DNA of 64,000 nt from an uncultured delta proteobacterium (GCA_963841435.1 CAWJCS010000003.1:992001-1056000), one strand, 5' to 3'; shown: positions 1-12,484, numbered from the stretch's first letter. Notes: generated by a model not told the origin, from the sequence alone. A program made the numbers and translations.

Positions 1-441
1 GAAAAAGGAGCCGCGTCACGCCCCTATTCACGCGGCGGCGCGCCCACCCTTTGCGCTCTTTTTCGACGAGGTCTCGGGCCGAGGATGCGCTCGTTGCTGG
101 CGGGCATGAAGCTTCGGTGAGCGTGGATGTTTGTGGTGACGCGAGTTGATCGGCGGCGACGTGACGCTTCGCGAGCGCGCGCCGCAACCGAGCGCGGCTG
201 TGTGCGCGAGTGCTGGTGGTCAGCATGGCGTCGTGGTGCTCGCTTCGCTGTCGTGCATGCCGTGCTCGTGGTCCGCGTGCCCCGCACCCGGGTCGGGCCC
301 GAGCTGGGCGACGGAAAACCGCAGGCCGAGTACGCAATTTCGAGAATCGCGGCGCCCGCGCCGGTTTTGTCGACCGCGCGGCCTGGCACCGAGCGGCTCC
401 TCACACTATTCCCACTGCACTTGCGTTCGCGAGTGCTTCCC

Positions 442-1479
442 ATGCCCGCTCTGTCGCACATGTACCGAAATTCCTCGCCGCTCCAATTCGGGCTCACGGT
501 TTGCAGCCTCGTTGGCGCGGTGCTGGCGACGGCGTGCAGCAGCGACACGGGCGTCACGACCGGCATCGGCTCGGGCGGCACGGGCGCCACGCTGGGCTCG
601 GGAGCTGCCCCGAGCGCCGGCATGAGCTCCGCCGGCACCGGTGGCGCGCCGGCCGGCTCGGGCGGCATGACCATCATCGACGTGGGAGTCTCCGGCTCGC
701 CGACGACGGGTGGCGCGACCTCAACGGGCCCCACGGGCTTCCCGGATGGGTTCACGCCCGCAACGCTCGGCGGCTACAAAGTCGGGGATCCCATCACCGA
801 TGCCACGACTCAACCGACGCCCACGACCGACTCCGGCTGCGGGACCACGATCCTCGCCGTGATTCGCGATTTTCAAGCCGACGGCGTGAACTTCGAGAAC
901 CCGGACCTTTCGAACAGGAGCACCGACGACCTCGGCATCGTCGAGACCACGCTCGGTCCCGATCTGAAGCCGGTCTACGCGCACCCCGGAGCCACGACCG
1001 TCACGGTTTACGACGGCGTCGGCTTCGACACGTTCTTCCGAAACACGCCGGGCACGAACCAGCCCTTCGTCTTTTACATGTACTTTGCGCCGAACGGGAA
1101 CGTGTCGAGCTTCTCGAGCAACGCTTTCTACCCGCTCGACGATCTCGGGTTCGGCAACGATGGCAGCGACGGCCAGCGCACGATGCACAACTTCCACTTC
1201 ACGACGGAAATCCACACGACGTTCCAGTACCAGGGCGGGGAAACCTTCAGCTTCAGCGGCGACGACGACGTGTGGGTGTTCATCGACAACCAGCTGGTCA
1301 TCGATATCGGGGGCGTTCACCAGGCCGAAAGCGCCTCCGTGAATTTGGACATGCTCGGGCTCACCCAGGGTGAAATCTATCCGTTCGACATGTTCCAGAC
1401 GGAGCGCCACACGACGCAGTCGAACTTCCGCGCCGACACGAACCTCGCGTTCGTCAACTGCGGAACCATCGTGAGGTAG
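442..1479 (+). CDS. Fibro-slime/PA14 domain lipoprotein
   Basis: Lipobox VLATAC, Gly/Ser/Thr linker, then the fibro-slime signature HNFHFTTEIH...FSFSGDDDVWVFIDNQLVIDIGGVH. Start is ATG 442 or 460. Confidence 0.88.
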   Translation: MPALSHMYRNSSPLQFGLTVCSLVGAVLATACSSDTGVTTGIGSGGTGATLGSGAAPSAGMSSAGTGGAPAGSGGMTIIDVGVSGSPTTGGATSTGPTGFPDGFTPATLGGYKVGDPITDATTQPTPTTDSGCGTTILAVIRDFQADGVNFENPDLSNRSTDDLGIVETTLGPDLKPVYAHPGATTVTVYDGVGFDTFFRNTPGTNQPFVFYMYFAPNGNVSSFSSNAFYPLDDLGFGNDGSDGQRTMHNFHFTTEIHTTFQYQGGETFSFSGDDDVWVFIDNQLVIDIGGVHQAESASVNLDMLGLTQGEIYPFDMFQTERHTTQSNFRADTNLAFVNCGTIVR

Positions 1480-1480
1480 C

Positions 1481-1507
1481 ACGAACGGCGCGCACGGCGC
1501 CGTTCGT
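1481..1507. terminator. Hairpin between convergent genes (possible bidirectional terminator)
   Basis: Perfect 11-bp inverted repeat ACGAACGGCGC-gcacg-GCGCCGTTCGT directly after the 1479 stop; no U-tract. Confidence 0.5.
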
Positions 1508-1519
1508 CCGTGGCCTCAC

Positions 1520-3787
1520 TCAATACGGCACCGCCGCCTCGGGCGGTACGGCGGGCAACGCGAGGTCGAGGTACGGCACGGCGTCGGCACCGCCCTCGAG
1601 GTAACGGTAGCGCGCAAAGTTACTGACCACGCGCTCGACGTACTCGAGCGTCTCGTCGTACGGGATGCGGGCGAGGAACACGTCGAGCGGGATCGTCGGG
1701 GCGTTTTCGAGCCAGCGCCGGACGGCCGTGGGCCCGGCGTTGTAAGCCGCGAGCGCGAGCGGCACGCTGCCGCCGAACGCGTCCATGAGCTTCTTCAGGT
1801 AGCGCGAGGAGAGCTCGATGCTCACGCCTGGCTCGACGAGGCGCGCCTCGTCGTAGGGGCGGCCGTGCTCCTCGGCGACGCGCTCGGCCGTGCGCGGCAT
1901 GAGCTGCATGAGGCCCCGAGCGCCGACCGGCGAGCCTGCGCCGACGCGAAACGCGCTTTCCTGGCGCATGATCGAGTAGAGCAACGCTTTTTCCACGCCG
2001 ACGGCCTCGGCGGTCTTTCGCGTGGCCTCGGCAAAGGGGCGCGGGTAGACGCAGTCCCACTGCCAGCGCGTCGCGGGGGTCGGCGCTACCATGAGGGCGC
2101 CCTGCGTCACCGAGGTCTGTGCGAGCTGGTAACGCCGCGCCGCCGTGTCGAGCAGCCCGTACATCGTGCACAGCGCCTCGCCCGAACGCGCCCCGAAGCG
2201 CGCGAGCCCGCGCTCGGACGAACGGAGCTCGGCCTCGGCATCGCGATCCAGGCCGAGCTCGTGGAGCAGCGCCACTTGCGCCGGCAGCTCGACGTCGAGC
2301 GGCCGCGGCTCGCCCACCTGGGAGCCCGGCGGGATCACGGGCGGCAGCGTCACGCCGAGCTGCATGAGGCGCGCCGTGCTCGCGAGCGCAGCGTACGTGA
2401 GCGGCTGGTCGCGCACGACGCCACGAAAGAGCTTCTCGGCGCGCTCCGTCTCGCCCGCACCGGCGCGTGCGACGCCCTCGAGGTGATGCAGACGAGCGGC
2501 GCGTCAATCGTCGCGCTCGCGGCGAGCGAGCGAAGCGAACGTGGAAGCCGCCGCCGCAGGCCGCCCGACCGCGAGGCTTGCCACGGCGCGCTCGTAGAGC
2601 GAATCGACACGAGACCGCGCTCGCAGGCCGTAGCGCGAAAGGTAGCTGTCGTACGCCTTGATGGCCTCGGCGAAGGCACCGCCGGCGTAGTGCGTCCGAG
2701 CGAGCAGGTACGTCGCCTGCTCCGCGAACGGCGACTTCGCGAAGCGCGTCGCAACGTTCTTGTAGGCGCGCACCGCTGCGGCGTCGTCCTGAGCGCGCGC
2801 CAGCGACCGCGCGGCGTAGAACGCGCACTCCGCGGCGTCGACGCCGGGCCCCTTGCTCGCGCGTGTGAAAAGCTCGCTCGCGCGCCGGTAGTCCGCACGC
2901 GAGTAGTAGAGCCCGAAGGCACGAGCGCGCTCGATTCGAGCACGTGAGAGCGCGGGACCCGGCGCCTTGTCGAGACGCTCGAGCTCGGCTTCGACGCGCA
3001 GCCGTTCCCCGGCACGACCGAGCGCAAGCGCGCGCCCGAGGCGCTCCTCCTTGTCGAGCGCCTTGGACGGCACGAGCGCCGCGAGCCGCGTGTCGGCCTC
3101 CTGCGAGCCGACCGGATCCTCGAGCGCGAGCCAGCGCAGGTCCTGGGCGGCTTGCTCCTTCTTGCCGGCGCGCGCCGCGACCCTCGCGCGCAGATCGCGT
3201 GCTCTCGACTCGAGCGATCGCTGCCGCTTGCCGCCGAGCGCGCGAATCACTCGCGTGCACAGGGCGATCGCGCGGTCGAGCTCGCCCGTTTGCTCGCGCG
3301 CCGCCGCGGCCGAAACCTGCGACTCGAGACCCGATTGACCCTCGAAGTATTTCGCGGCGTCCGCATAAGCGCCGCTCCCGAGCGCGGCGTCGGCGCGCAG
3401 CTCTTCGATGTGTGGAGCGAGCGCGGGCAGGTCTTTCTCGAGGCCCGCCAGTAGCTCGAGAGCGCGGCGCGCGTCGCCGAGCTCGAGAGCGGCTCGCGCG
3501 CGCGCCAGCCTGAGACCGGGCTGCTTGTCGAGATCGGAGACGGCGTCGAGCGCCTGGGCGGCGTCGGCGTAGCGGCCGGCCCGGAGCGCCGCGACCCAGG
3601 CCCCCTCGTCGGCGTTCGACGCCGAGTCCGGCGACGCGGATGCCCGGCCCGTGGCGCTCGCGAGCCGCGTGGCCGCCTCGGCGCTCTGCCCCGAGACCGC
3701 GAGGCGAGGGCGCTCACCCGAGCCTCGGCGCTCGCAAGCGGAGCCCACGACGACCAACGCGAGGAGCAGAGCGACAGGCCGCCTCAC
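1520..3787 (-). CDS. TPR-containing soluble lytic transglycosylase (SLT) lipoprotein, interrupted by an in-frame TGA at 2504-2506
   Basis: N-terminal lipobox (VGSAC) and TPR-like helices in 2504..3787. SLT motifs IMRQES, GARGLMQLMP, ALAAYNAG and ETLEYV in 1520..2416. Both ORFs are in the same frame, with 29 open codons between them. Confidence 0.85.
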
Positions 3788-3886
3788 GCACCCCCGTTAG
3801 CATGCTCGCGGCGACGCACCCAGCGCGCCGGCACGACGCCGGCCAAGGGGCGCTCGCAGCCCCCCCCGGCGCTATCCTCGTGCTCG

Positions 3887-4204
3887 GTGAGCACTCCCAA
3901 GGTTTCGCGCGTGACGGTCGTCCTCGGCCTCCTGTCGCTTCTCGTCCTCGGGGGCGCGCTCGTGACGCTCGGCGTCGCCATTGCGCCGCTCGGCGGCCCA
4001 TTGCCGGAGAGCGGCGCGCACGGCCCCGGCAACCCGCGAGGACGCTACCAGGCCGGCGACAACGTCGATGTCTGGCACGCCGGCAAGTGGTACCCCGGGC
4101 GCATCCAGGCGGTAGGGACCGACCACTACTTCATCAACTACGACGGCTTCTCGATCAGCTGGCACGAGTGGGTCGACTCGACTCGCCTGCGTCCGCGACG
4201 CTGA
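3887..4204 (+). CDS. Small membrane-anchored/exported protein with a Tudor/Agenet (chromo-barrel)-like domain
   Basis: Hydrophobic N-terminus followed by YQAGDNVDVWHAGKWYPGRI...YFINYDGFSISWHEWV. Confidence 0.7.
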   Translation: MSTPKVSRVTVVLGLLSLLVLGGALVTLGVAIAPLGGPLPESGAHGPGNPRGRYQAGDNVDVWHAGKWYPGRIQAVGTDHYFINYDGFSISWHEWVDSTRLRPRR

Positions 4205-4222
4205 ACGGCCGAGCGCGGGCGC

Positions 4223-4747
4223 TCACCAGCCGAACTGGTATTCGGCTCTGAGCAGCGCGGCCGCGCAGGAAGCGGGCTCGCTCAGCGTGTAGTCGAGCAT
4301 GCCCGCGAGACCGAGCCCGAAGTGACGCGTCACCGCCCAATCGAGCCCACCGATGAGCCCGAGCGTGGCCTGCGCCCGCGAGAATGGCGCCACGGGCTCG
4401 GTGACGCCGAGAAAGCCGGTCGTGACGCCGAAGTAAGGGATCCATTCGATGATGTCGAGCTTGTACGCGAGGCCGACCTTGGCAGCGTAGAACGTCAACG
4501 TAACGGCGGCCCGAGCGCTGCGCGCGCCGAGCAATTCGAGTCGCACGTCGAAAACGTCGGAGACGCCGTACGCCGCGTGGAGCCCTAGCGCCGGGCCGAG
4601 CTCGTAACCGTCGCTCGCCGTCACGATGCCCCCGCCGCCGCCGAAGTGCCATTGCCGCTCGAACGCGTGAGCCGAAGGTGACACCACGCTCACGACGACG
4701 AGCGCGGCGAGCGCGAGGGCGGCACGAAGGCACGAAGAGTGTTGCAC
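4223..4747 (-). CDS. Outer-membrane beta-barrel protein (OmpA/OmpW-like)
   Basis: Signal peptide ending SAHA, amphipathic beta-strands, C-terminal aromatic motif AEYQFGW. GTG start at 4747. Confidence 0.7.
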   Translation of the reverse strand: MQHSSCLRAALALAALVVVSVVSPSAHAFERQWHFGGGGGIVTASDGYELGPALGLHAAYGVSDVFDVRLELLGARSARAAVTLTFYAAKVGLAYKLDIIEWIPYFGVTTGFLGVTEPVAPFSRAQATLGLIGGLDWAVTRHFGLGLAGMLDYTLSEPASCAAALLRAEYQFGW

Positions 4748-4775
4748 GGCGCGTTCGGGGGGCTCGGGGGTAGTG

Positions 4776-6998
<2,223 letters not shown>

Positions 6999-7051
6999 GG
7001 CGGGGAACACTACCCCGTCGCGGCACGCCGCCGAGGAAGACCGGACGCGGC

Positions 7052-7318
7052 TCAGCCGTGCAGGTAGACGGCGAGCGCCGCGCCGGCCACGCACAGGGCG
7101 AGCCAGACCGCGGAGCTCAGCCGTCGGCGGGCCGCCCGCGCCCCCGGCTCGAGGGAGGCCGGGGGCGGCTCGAGGGGCGGGACCGTGATGGGCCCGAGCG
7201 CCATTTCGGAGGGAGGCGGCGGCAGCGCGGCGGCGCGCGGAGACGGCGTCGGATCGAGCTCACGCGTGAGCGGCATGCTCGGACGCTCGGATTCCAGGTC
7301 GGCGGAGGGCTCTGCCAT
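7052..7318 (-). CDS. Small Pro-rich protein with a C-terminal TM helix
   Basis: ATG start, Pro-rich body, hydrophobic C-terminus; lies just upstream of priA. Confidence 0.5.
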   Translation of the reverse strand: MAEPSADLESERPSMPLTRELDPTPSPRAAALPPPPSEMALGPITVPPLEPPPASLEPGARAARRRLSSAVWLALCVAGAALAVYLHG

Positions 7319-7516
7319 CGCAATACCGTCAACGGCTCGATCGTCCCCAGGGTGTAGGGGTCTGCACAGGTATCTGACGCTCAGGCGCTAAGGGCTCGGA
7401 TCCGCGGGGTCGGGCGCCCGCCCACGGGTGGGCCCGAAGGCCGGTCGCCGCGGAGACGGCCTCCATGGCGCGCCGCGGCCGCCCCGCGACCTCTCGCCGA
7501 CGCGACGAGCAGCGCG

Positions 7517-7633
7517 CGTGCAAGCCCTTGCACGACGCCAGCGCAAGCGGCTGCACCGAAAGCCGGCGTGACGCGCGCTCGAGCGCGGATCTCGCGTGAT
7601 TTCCGGCACTGCGCGCCGCGGCACGCTTGCTGC
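7517..7633 (+). promoter_or_regulatory. Candidate sigma-54 promoter with an upstream palindromic enhancer-like site
   Basis: GG-N10-GC element CGGCACGCTTGCTGCA (GG 7620-21, GC 7632-33). Perfect inverted repeat CGTGCAAG-cc-CTTGCACG at 7517-7534. Confidence 0.5.
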
Positions 7634-7648
7634 ACCAAGGACGCGCTG

Positions 7649-9286
7649 ATGGCCCACAACCCGAGGACTTCAGCCGTGAAAAAATCGCTCAGCTCCCTTT
7701 CCTTCGTCGCTCTCACCCTCCTTGCCGCCACCGGCCATGCTGCGCCGGCGGACTCGGAAGAGCCGATCGCGCCGCCGGTCGCAGCGTCGGGATCCGGCGA
7801 CGCCAACGACGCCGCCGCCTGCGACACGGTGCTCCTGGATGCCGAGCAGAATCCCGACTTCGACGAGATCGTCTTCGCGACGTACCCGGAGCTCGTGGGC
7901 CGCGGCGTCATCGAGGCACTGCAGTCGGGCAATCTCGCCGAGACGATCGCTCTTTCTTTGAACTCGGACGGCGACGAGCTCGTGCTCGATCTCGGTGGCG
8001 AGCTCTACCTGCCGGTGCCCGAGCTTCCGGTCCTTTCCCTCGGCGGCGAGGTCGAGCTCGAAGCGTCGCTCTCGCGGCACGTCCTTCCCACCGGCGAGAC
8101 CGTGTACGAGCTCAAGGGCGACGCCGACCTGCTCGGCGCCGGGCAGGCGTCCGTAGGCATCGCCGGCGGGGCTGTCGGTGGCGCGGAAGCGGCTTCGGTC
8201 ATGTGGCGGTTTTCGAGCCCGGTCGAGCTCGCCCAGGCCGTGCAGGCGCTCGCGGTGCGGGCAGCGCTCGGGCCCCATGTCGGGCCTGCGATCGGCGACT
8301 TGAACCGCCAGATCGCGGCCGTCGACCGCGCGCTCGCGCCGCTTCGTACGGTGCGCGCTCATTTCGTCGGCTGGCTCGCGAGGTTCTTGCCGAGCTCGGT
8401 CATCCAGAGGCTCGAGGCGCTGAATCGCTCGCGCCAAAACCTCGTCCGGGCCGTGACTCGGGTCAACGAGCTTCGCACGGCGCTCACTCGCGACGAGCAA
8501 TCGTTCGCGGAGCGGCCCACCTACGTCGAGCTCGAGCTCGGCGTCGAACGAAGCCGATCGCTCGGCGCGAAGCTCCTCGAAGCGGGCGGCCAGGGCGCCG
8601 GCACCATCGGCATCGAATGGGAAGGCAGGCTCGCGCCGTCGATCTCAGTGCTCGCCACGGTGCGTGGCGGCGTGCCCGAGGATGCCGAGGTCACGCTTCA
8701 CATCAAGAACACCCAGAGCGTGAACGCCGGCGTGCTCGCGTCGCTCGCCGTCAACGTGGAAACCGAGCTCGAGGTCTCGGGGAAGGGCATTTTCACGACG
8801 AGCGGATTCGAGATCGAGGAGGCGAGCGACGTGGTAGAATTGTCGGTGGATCGCGGGTACAGCCCCGCCGCGTGGGCCGTCGTCGGCGCGCAATACGCCG
8901 CCGGTCGCAGGACGAGCGCTTTCACGTACCTTTCGGAGCTCTACTCGCTCGGCACCGCGGGCATCGAGGCGCTCACGTCGGGAGACCCGTCGCTTTCGGC
9001 GGGGCTACTCGCCCAGCTGCCCGTGAGCTTCGAAGGGCAGGCGCGCATCGAGCGCGGCGGGTACGTCGGGCTCACCCTGCAAGCGGGGCAGAGCTGGTCG
9101 AGCGCCGGGCTCCACGCCGCCTTCTTCTGGACCGATCAAGGGACGACGAGCTCGTTCGAAGGTCCGCCGAGCGTCGCGGAGCTCGCTCCGTTGTTCACGA
9201 TGGGCGAAGCGGAACAGCGCATCCAGGACTCCATCGATCTCTTGAACGCCGTCGCGGTGGAGCTCGGTACCGACCCCCTGCTCTGA
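7649..9286 (+). CDS. Secreted hypothetical protein (beta-rich, with a central helical segment)
   Basis: Signal peptide KKSLSSLSFVALTLLAATGHA; long ORF with typical codon bias. Start is ATG 7649 or GTG 7676. Confidence 0.75.
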   Translation: MAHNPRTSAVKKSLSSLSFVALTLLAATGHAAPADSEEPIAPPVAASGSGDANDAAACDTVLLDAEQNPDFDEIVFATYPELVGRGVIEALQSGNLAETIALSLNSDGDELVLDLGGELYLPVPELPVLSLGGEVELEASLSRHVLPTGETVYELKGDADLLGAGQASVGIAGGAVGGAEAASVMWRFSSPVELAQAVQALAVRAALGPHVGPAIGDLNRQIAAVDRALAPLRTVRAHFVGWLARFLPSSVIQRLEALNRSRQNLVRAVTRVNELRTALTRDEQSFAERPTYVELELGVERSRSLGAKLLEAGGQGAGTIGIEWEGRLAPSISVLATVRGGVPEDAEVTLHIKNTQSVNAGVLASLAVNVETELEVSGKGIFTTSGFEIEEASDVVELSVDRGYSPAAWAVVGAQYAAGRRTSAFTYLSELYSLGTAGIEALTSGDPSLSAGLLAQLPVSFEGQARIERGGYVGLTLQAGQSWSSAGLHAAFFWTDQGTTSSFEGPPSVAELAPLFTMGEAEQRIQDSIDLLNAVAVELGTDPLL

Positions 9287-9311
9287 GCGCTCGCGGTCGT
9301 GCTCGAAGCGC

Positions 9312-9415
9312 GGCGACGCACCCCGGCAGGGGTGCGCCGCCGTTTTCGCGTCACCGGCGCGCCTGCTTGGCGACGCACGCTCGACGGCGTGCGTCGCCGT
9401 TCTCCTGTCACCGGC
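9312..9415. repeat. Two imperfect 47-bp direct repeats, each containing a GC-rich hairpin (REP-like)
   Basis: Unit 1, 9312-9358: GGCGACGCACCCC-ggca-GGGGTGCGCCGCC-gttttcgcgTCACCGGC. Unit 2, 9369-9415: GGCGACGCACGC-tcgacg-GCGTGCGTCGCC-gttctcctgTCACCGGC. Confidence 0.7.
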
Positions 9416-10517
9416 ACCCGGTGCTCGGCGGGTCGATGTTGACGCAGCGCTCGCGCGGCGCGAGCGACCAGGCGCAGTAGTCGAGGTGGACGATGCCCGT
9501 GACGCTCACGAAGTGCGTCGGGTAGGGGAAGCTCAATGACTTCTGGGGATCGCCCGGGCCGCCCAGCGAAAGATCGCCGTACCCCACGTCGTTGGTCAAC
9601 GGGAGCGCCGTTTCGGCGAAGCGGATGACGCCGTAGGGGCCGACCACGTCCTCGCCGCCGTCGTCAGGGAGGCCGTTCACGTCGGTGAGGCGCACGAGGC
9701 CGCCCGCCCAGCGCTGCACGAACGCGGCGTCGTCGCCCGCCGCCAGGTGATCGGCGTCGGCGCGCGAGAGCGGCACCGCACTTGGCGGCTCGCCGTGGCC
9801 ACCCAGCGTGACGGGGCAGCTCGCCTCGACGAGCAGCTGGGGTGACGCCACGGTGCCGGAGCAGCTCGACGGCGCGTAGCTCGAGAAGCGGCCCGCGGCC
9901 GTCACGCGGTCGCCCGGTCGAACCTCGTCGGGGATGCCGTCGGAGCCCGGCACGCAGGGGTCGCCGTCGAGCGCCTCGTCGCCGTAGGAGACGAGCAAAA
10001 AGCCGCGCGGTCCGTCGTCGCCAGCATCCGCTCCAACGTACGCGCCGAAAAGGCAGCTGCCGGAGCTCGCGTGGCTCACCAGAAACTTCTGGCTCGTTGC
10101 CACGGCGTCGATGGCGGCGCGCGCCCCGAGCCGCACCTCACCGCGGCGTATCTCGTCGAACGTCACCGGCTGCGCGTCGCAGTAAACGACGGCACCCTCT
10201 CCCCCCGCAGCAGCGTCCTCGAACGCGCCAGGATCGCCGCCGGCAGACGACGCGCCGCCGCGCGCGGACGCACCGGTAGGCGCACCGCCGCCGGCATTCG
10301 TGCCGGCGCCACCGCTCGACGCCGTCACCCCCGCGTCGCGACCAGCCCCCGCGCTGCCGACCATGGCGTCCAGTCCCGCGGGTGATCCGTCGCCGGGCTC
10401 GACCGCTGCGCCGTGCGAGCCACCCGCGCCCGCGGGGACCCACGCCGCGTCCGGCTCGACGCGGCACCCGGCCGCCACGCCGACGAAGGCAACGACGAGC
10501 CACGCGCGCTTTCGCAT
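9408..10517 (-). CDS. Hypothetical lipoprotein (Gly-rich linker, Cys-containing globular region, possibly OB-fold)
   Basis: Lipobox VAAGC, Gly/Ala/Ser linker, folded C-terminal region. Confidence 0.75.
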   Translation of the reverse strand: MRKRAWLVVAFVGVAAGCRVEPDAAWVPAGAGGSHGAAVEPGDGSPAGLDAMVGSAGAGRDAGVTASSGGAGTNAGGGAPTGASARGGASSAGGDPGAFEDAAAGGEGAVVYCDAQPVTFDEIRRGEVRLGARAAIDAVATSQKFLVSHASSGSCLFGAYVGADAGDDGPRGFLLVSYGDEALDGDPCVPGSDGIPDEVRPGDRVTAAGRFSSYAPSSCSGTVASPQLLVEASCPVTLGGHGEPPSAVPLSRADADHLAAGDDAAFVQRWAGGLVRLTDVNGLPDDGGEDVVGPYGVIRFAETALPLTNDVGYGDLSLGGPGDPQKSLSFPYPTHFVSVTGIVHLDYCAWSLAPRERCVNIDPPSTGCR

Positions 10518-10666
10518 GCGAGCTCCATCGGCTCGCGGCGCGGGTCAGTTGCGGCCCGGCGCCGTGCCCACCCCCAAAATCAAAAAGGGCACTCGCGGTC
10601 GTCGCTCCGCGGAAAGTCGGCGCGTGCTCTCGTGCGGCCGCTCGGCGCTGGGTCCGCCTTTCGGGG

Positions 10667-11899
10667 CTATTGCTCGGTGACCGCGCCCTTGTCGAGGCCG
10701 AAGCCCTCGTGGAGCGTGCGGACGGCGAGCTCGGTGTACTTCGCGGCGATGATGCAGCTGATCTTGATCTCGCTCGTGCTGATGGCTTGGATATTGATGG
10801 CCTCGGCGGCGAGCAGGCCGAACGTCTTCGAGGCGATGCCGGCGTGCGAGCGCATGCCGAGACCCACGATCGAGACCTTCGCGATGTCGGGGTCGTATTC
10901 GACGGTCGCACCGAGCTCGGACAAAAGGCTGTCGAGCACCTCCTTCGTGCGAGAAAGATCGGTCTTGGTGACGGTGAAGGTCACGTCCGTGGTGGAGCCG
11001 CCACCGCGAGAAGGGCTCTGGATGATCATGTCGACCGAGACGTTCTTCTCGGCGAGCAAGCCGAAGACCTTGGCGACGACGCCCGGCTTGTCGGTGACGC
11101 CGATGAGCTGCACCTTGGCCTCGCCCTTGTCGTAGGCGATGCCGCTCACGACCACGGCTTCGAGCCCCTCTTCGCTGACCACCATCGTGCCCTGGCGATC
11201 GTTGAACGACGAGCGCACGTGCACCGGAACTCCGTACTTCATGGCAACCTCCACCGAGCGGATCTGGAGCACCTTGGCGCCGAGCGACGCAAGCTCCAAC
11301 ATTTCTTCGTAGCTGATGCGATCGATCCGGCGCGCCGAGGGGACCACGTTCGGATCGGTCGTGTAGACGCCGTCGACGTCCGTATAGATCTCGCAAACGT
11401 CGGCCTTTATAGCGGCGGCGATGGCGACGGCCGTCGTGTCGGAACCGCCACGGCCGAGTGTCGTGATGTTGCCGTCGACGTCGATGCCCTGAAAGCCCGC
11501 CACGACCGCGACGTTGCCGTTCTTGACGGTTTCGGTGAGCTTGGCGGCGTCGATGGCGTGGATGCGCGCCTTGGTGAACGCACTGTCGGTGCGGATGCGC
11601 ACCTGGTGGCCGAGCAGGCTGCGTGCCTTGCCGCCGAGCGACTGGATGGTCATGGCGACGAGCGCAGCGCTCACCTGCTCACCCGTCGAGGCGAGCACGT
11701 CCATCTCGCGCGCCTCGGGCACGGGTGCGATCTGGTGCGCGAGGCCGAGCAGCCGGTTGGTTTCGCCCGCCATGGCGCTCACGATCATGACGACCTCGTT
11801 GCCCTCGCGCTGCGTGCGGAGCGCGCGCTCCGCGACGTTCTTCATGCGCTCGAGGTTACCGACCGAAGTACCGCCGAATTTCTGGACGACGAGTGCCAA
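10667..11899 (-). CDS. lysC: Aspartate kinase
   Basis: [34 protein letters not shown] and two C-terminal ACT domains (ISTSEIKIS). Confidence 0.96.
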   Translation of the reverse strand: MALVVQKFGGTSVGNLERMKNVAERALRTQREGNEVVMIVSAMAGETNRLLGLAHQIAPVPEAREMDVLASTGEQVSAALVAMTIQSLGGKARSLLGHQVRIRTDSAFTKARIHAIDAAKLTETVKNGNVAVVAGFQGIDVDGNITTLGRGGSDTTAVAIAAAIKADVCEIYTDVDGVYTTDPNVVPSARRIDRISYEEMLELASLGAKVLQIRSVEVAMKYGVPVHVRSSFNDRQGTMVVSEEGLEAVVVSGIAYDKGEAKVQLIGVTDKPGVVAKVFGLLAEKNVSVDMIIQSPSRGGGSTTDVTFTVTKTDLSRTKEVLDSLLSELGATVEYDPDIAKVSIVGLGMRSHAGIASKTFGLLAAEAINIQAISTSEIKISCIIAAKYTELAVRTLHEGFGLDKGAVTEQ

Positions 11900-12136
11900 A
11901 GCCCCGGCCCCCTACCCCTCGGTGAGAGGCGCGTCAATCCCGCGCCGGCGCCCAACGGCCCCTTTTGCCAGGGGAAAATGCCGCCTGTGGCCGCGCGCCG
12001 AGAGCGGGGCGCCGCACGTCGAGCGCACACCGTTGACCAAGGTCGTCCCGACGACGAGCTCGCCGGTGCGGACCGCGCGGGGCGGACACGCGGCTCGGCG
12101 TCGCCAGCGGCGGACACGGGGAGTATACGAGGGGGC

Positions 12137-12484
12137 ATGACGCCCCTCGGCCACTACGTCGTCGAGACACTCGTCATGTTGACGGGCGTGGCCGCGCTCG
12201 CGGTGCTCCTGCTCACCATTGGCCGGCGCCTGGGCGTGGGGCGACCGAGTGGGCCGCTCGAGCTCGTCGGGCGCCTGCCCCTCGATGGGCGCCGGGCGGT
12301 GTATCTGGTGCGCGTCGGAGAAACGGTGTACGTCGTCGGGGCGAGCGAAAGCGGCCTGACGAAGCTCGGGGAAGTGGACAAAGATGGGCTCGAGCTACCC
12401 AAGGGAGACAAGGTTCCTCGGTCGTTCGAGAGCGTGCTCGGGCGCGTGCTTTCGAAGCCCGCTTCGCCTCCGCCCGGTGGCTAG
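12137..12484 (+). CDS. fliO: FliO-like export-apparatus chaperone
   Basis: N-terminal TM helix, then LELVGRLPLDGRRAVYLVRVGETVYVVGASE; overlaps the start of the fliP/sctR gene. Confidence 0.78.
   Translation: MTPLGHYVVETLVMLTGVAALAVLLLTIGRRLGVGRPSGPLELVGRLPLDGRRAVYLVRVGETVYVVGASESGLTKLGEVDKDGLELPKGDKVPRSFESVLGRVLSKPASPPPGG

Noticed and set aside
2504..2506. Selenocysteine codon
   Set aside because: The position is in a TPR-like helix, not a redox motif, and I could not identify a convincing SECIS hairpin downstream.
9312..9415. Possible mini-CRISPR array
   Set aside because: Only two imperfect units, a 10-nt spacer and no cas genes in the window.
10382..12136. 700-aa plus-strand ORF 10382..12484 and similar long antisense ORFs (e.g. 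44665..47109, 48297..50120, 58210..60327)
   Set aside because: These are shadow ORFs opposite well-supported genes, typical of high-GC DNA. Only the last 115 codons of 10382..12484 (fliO) look real.
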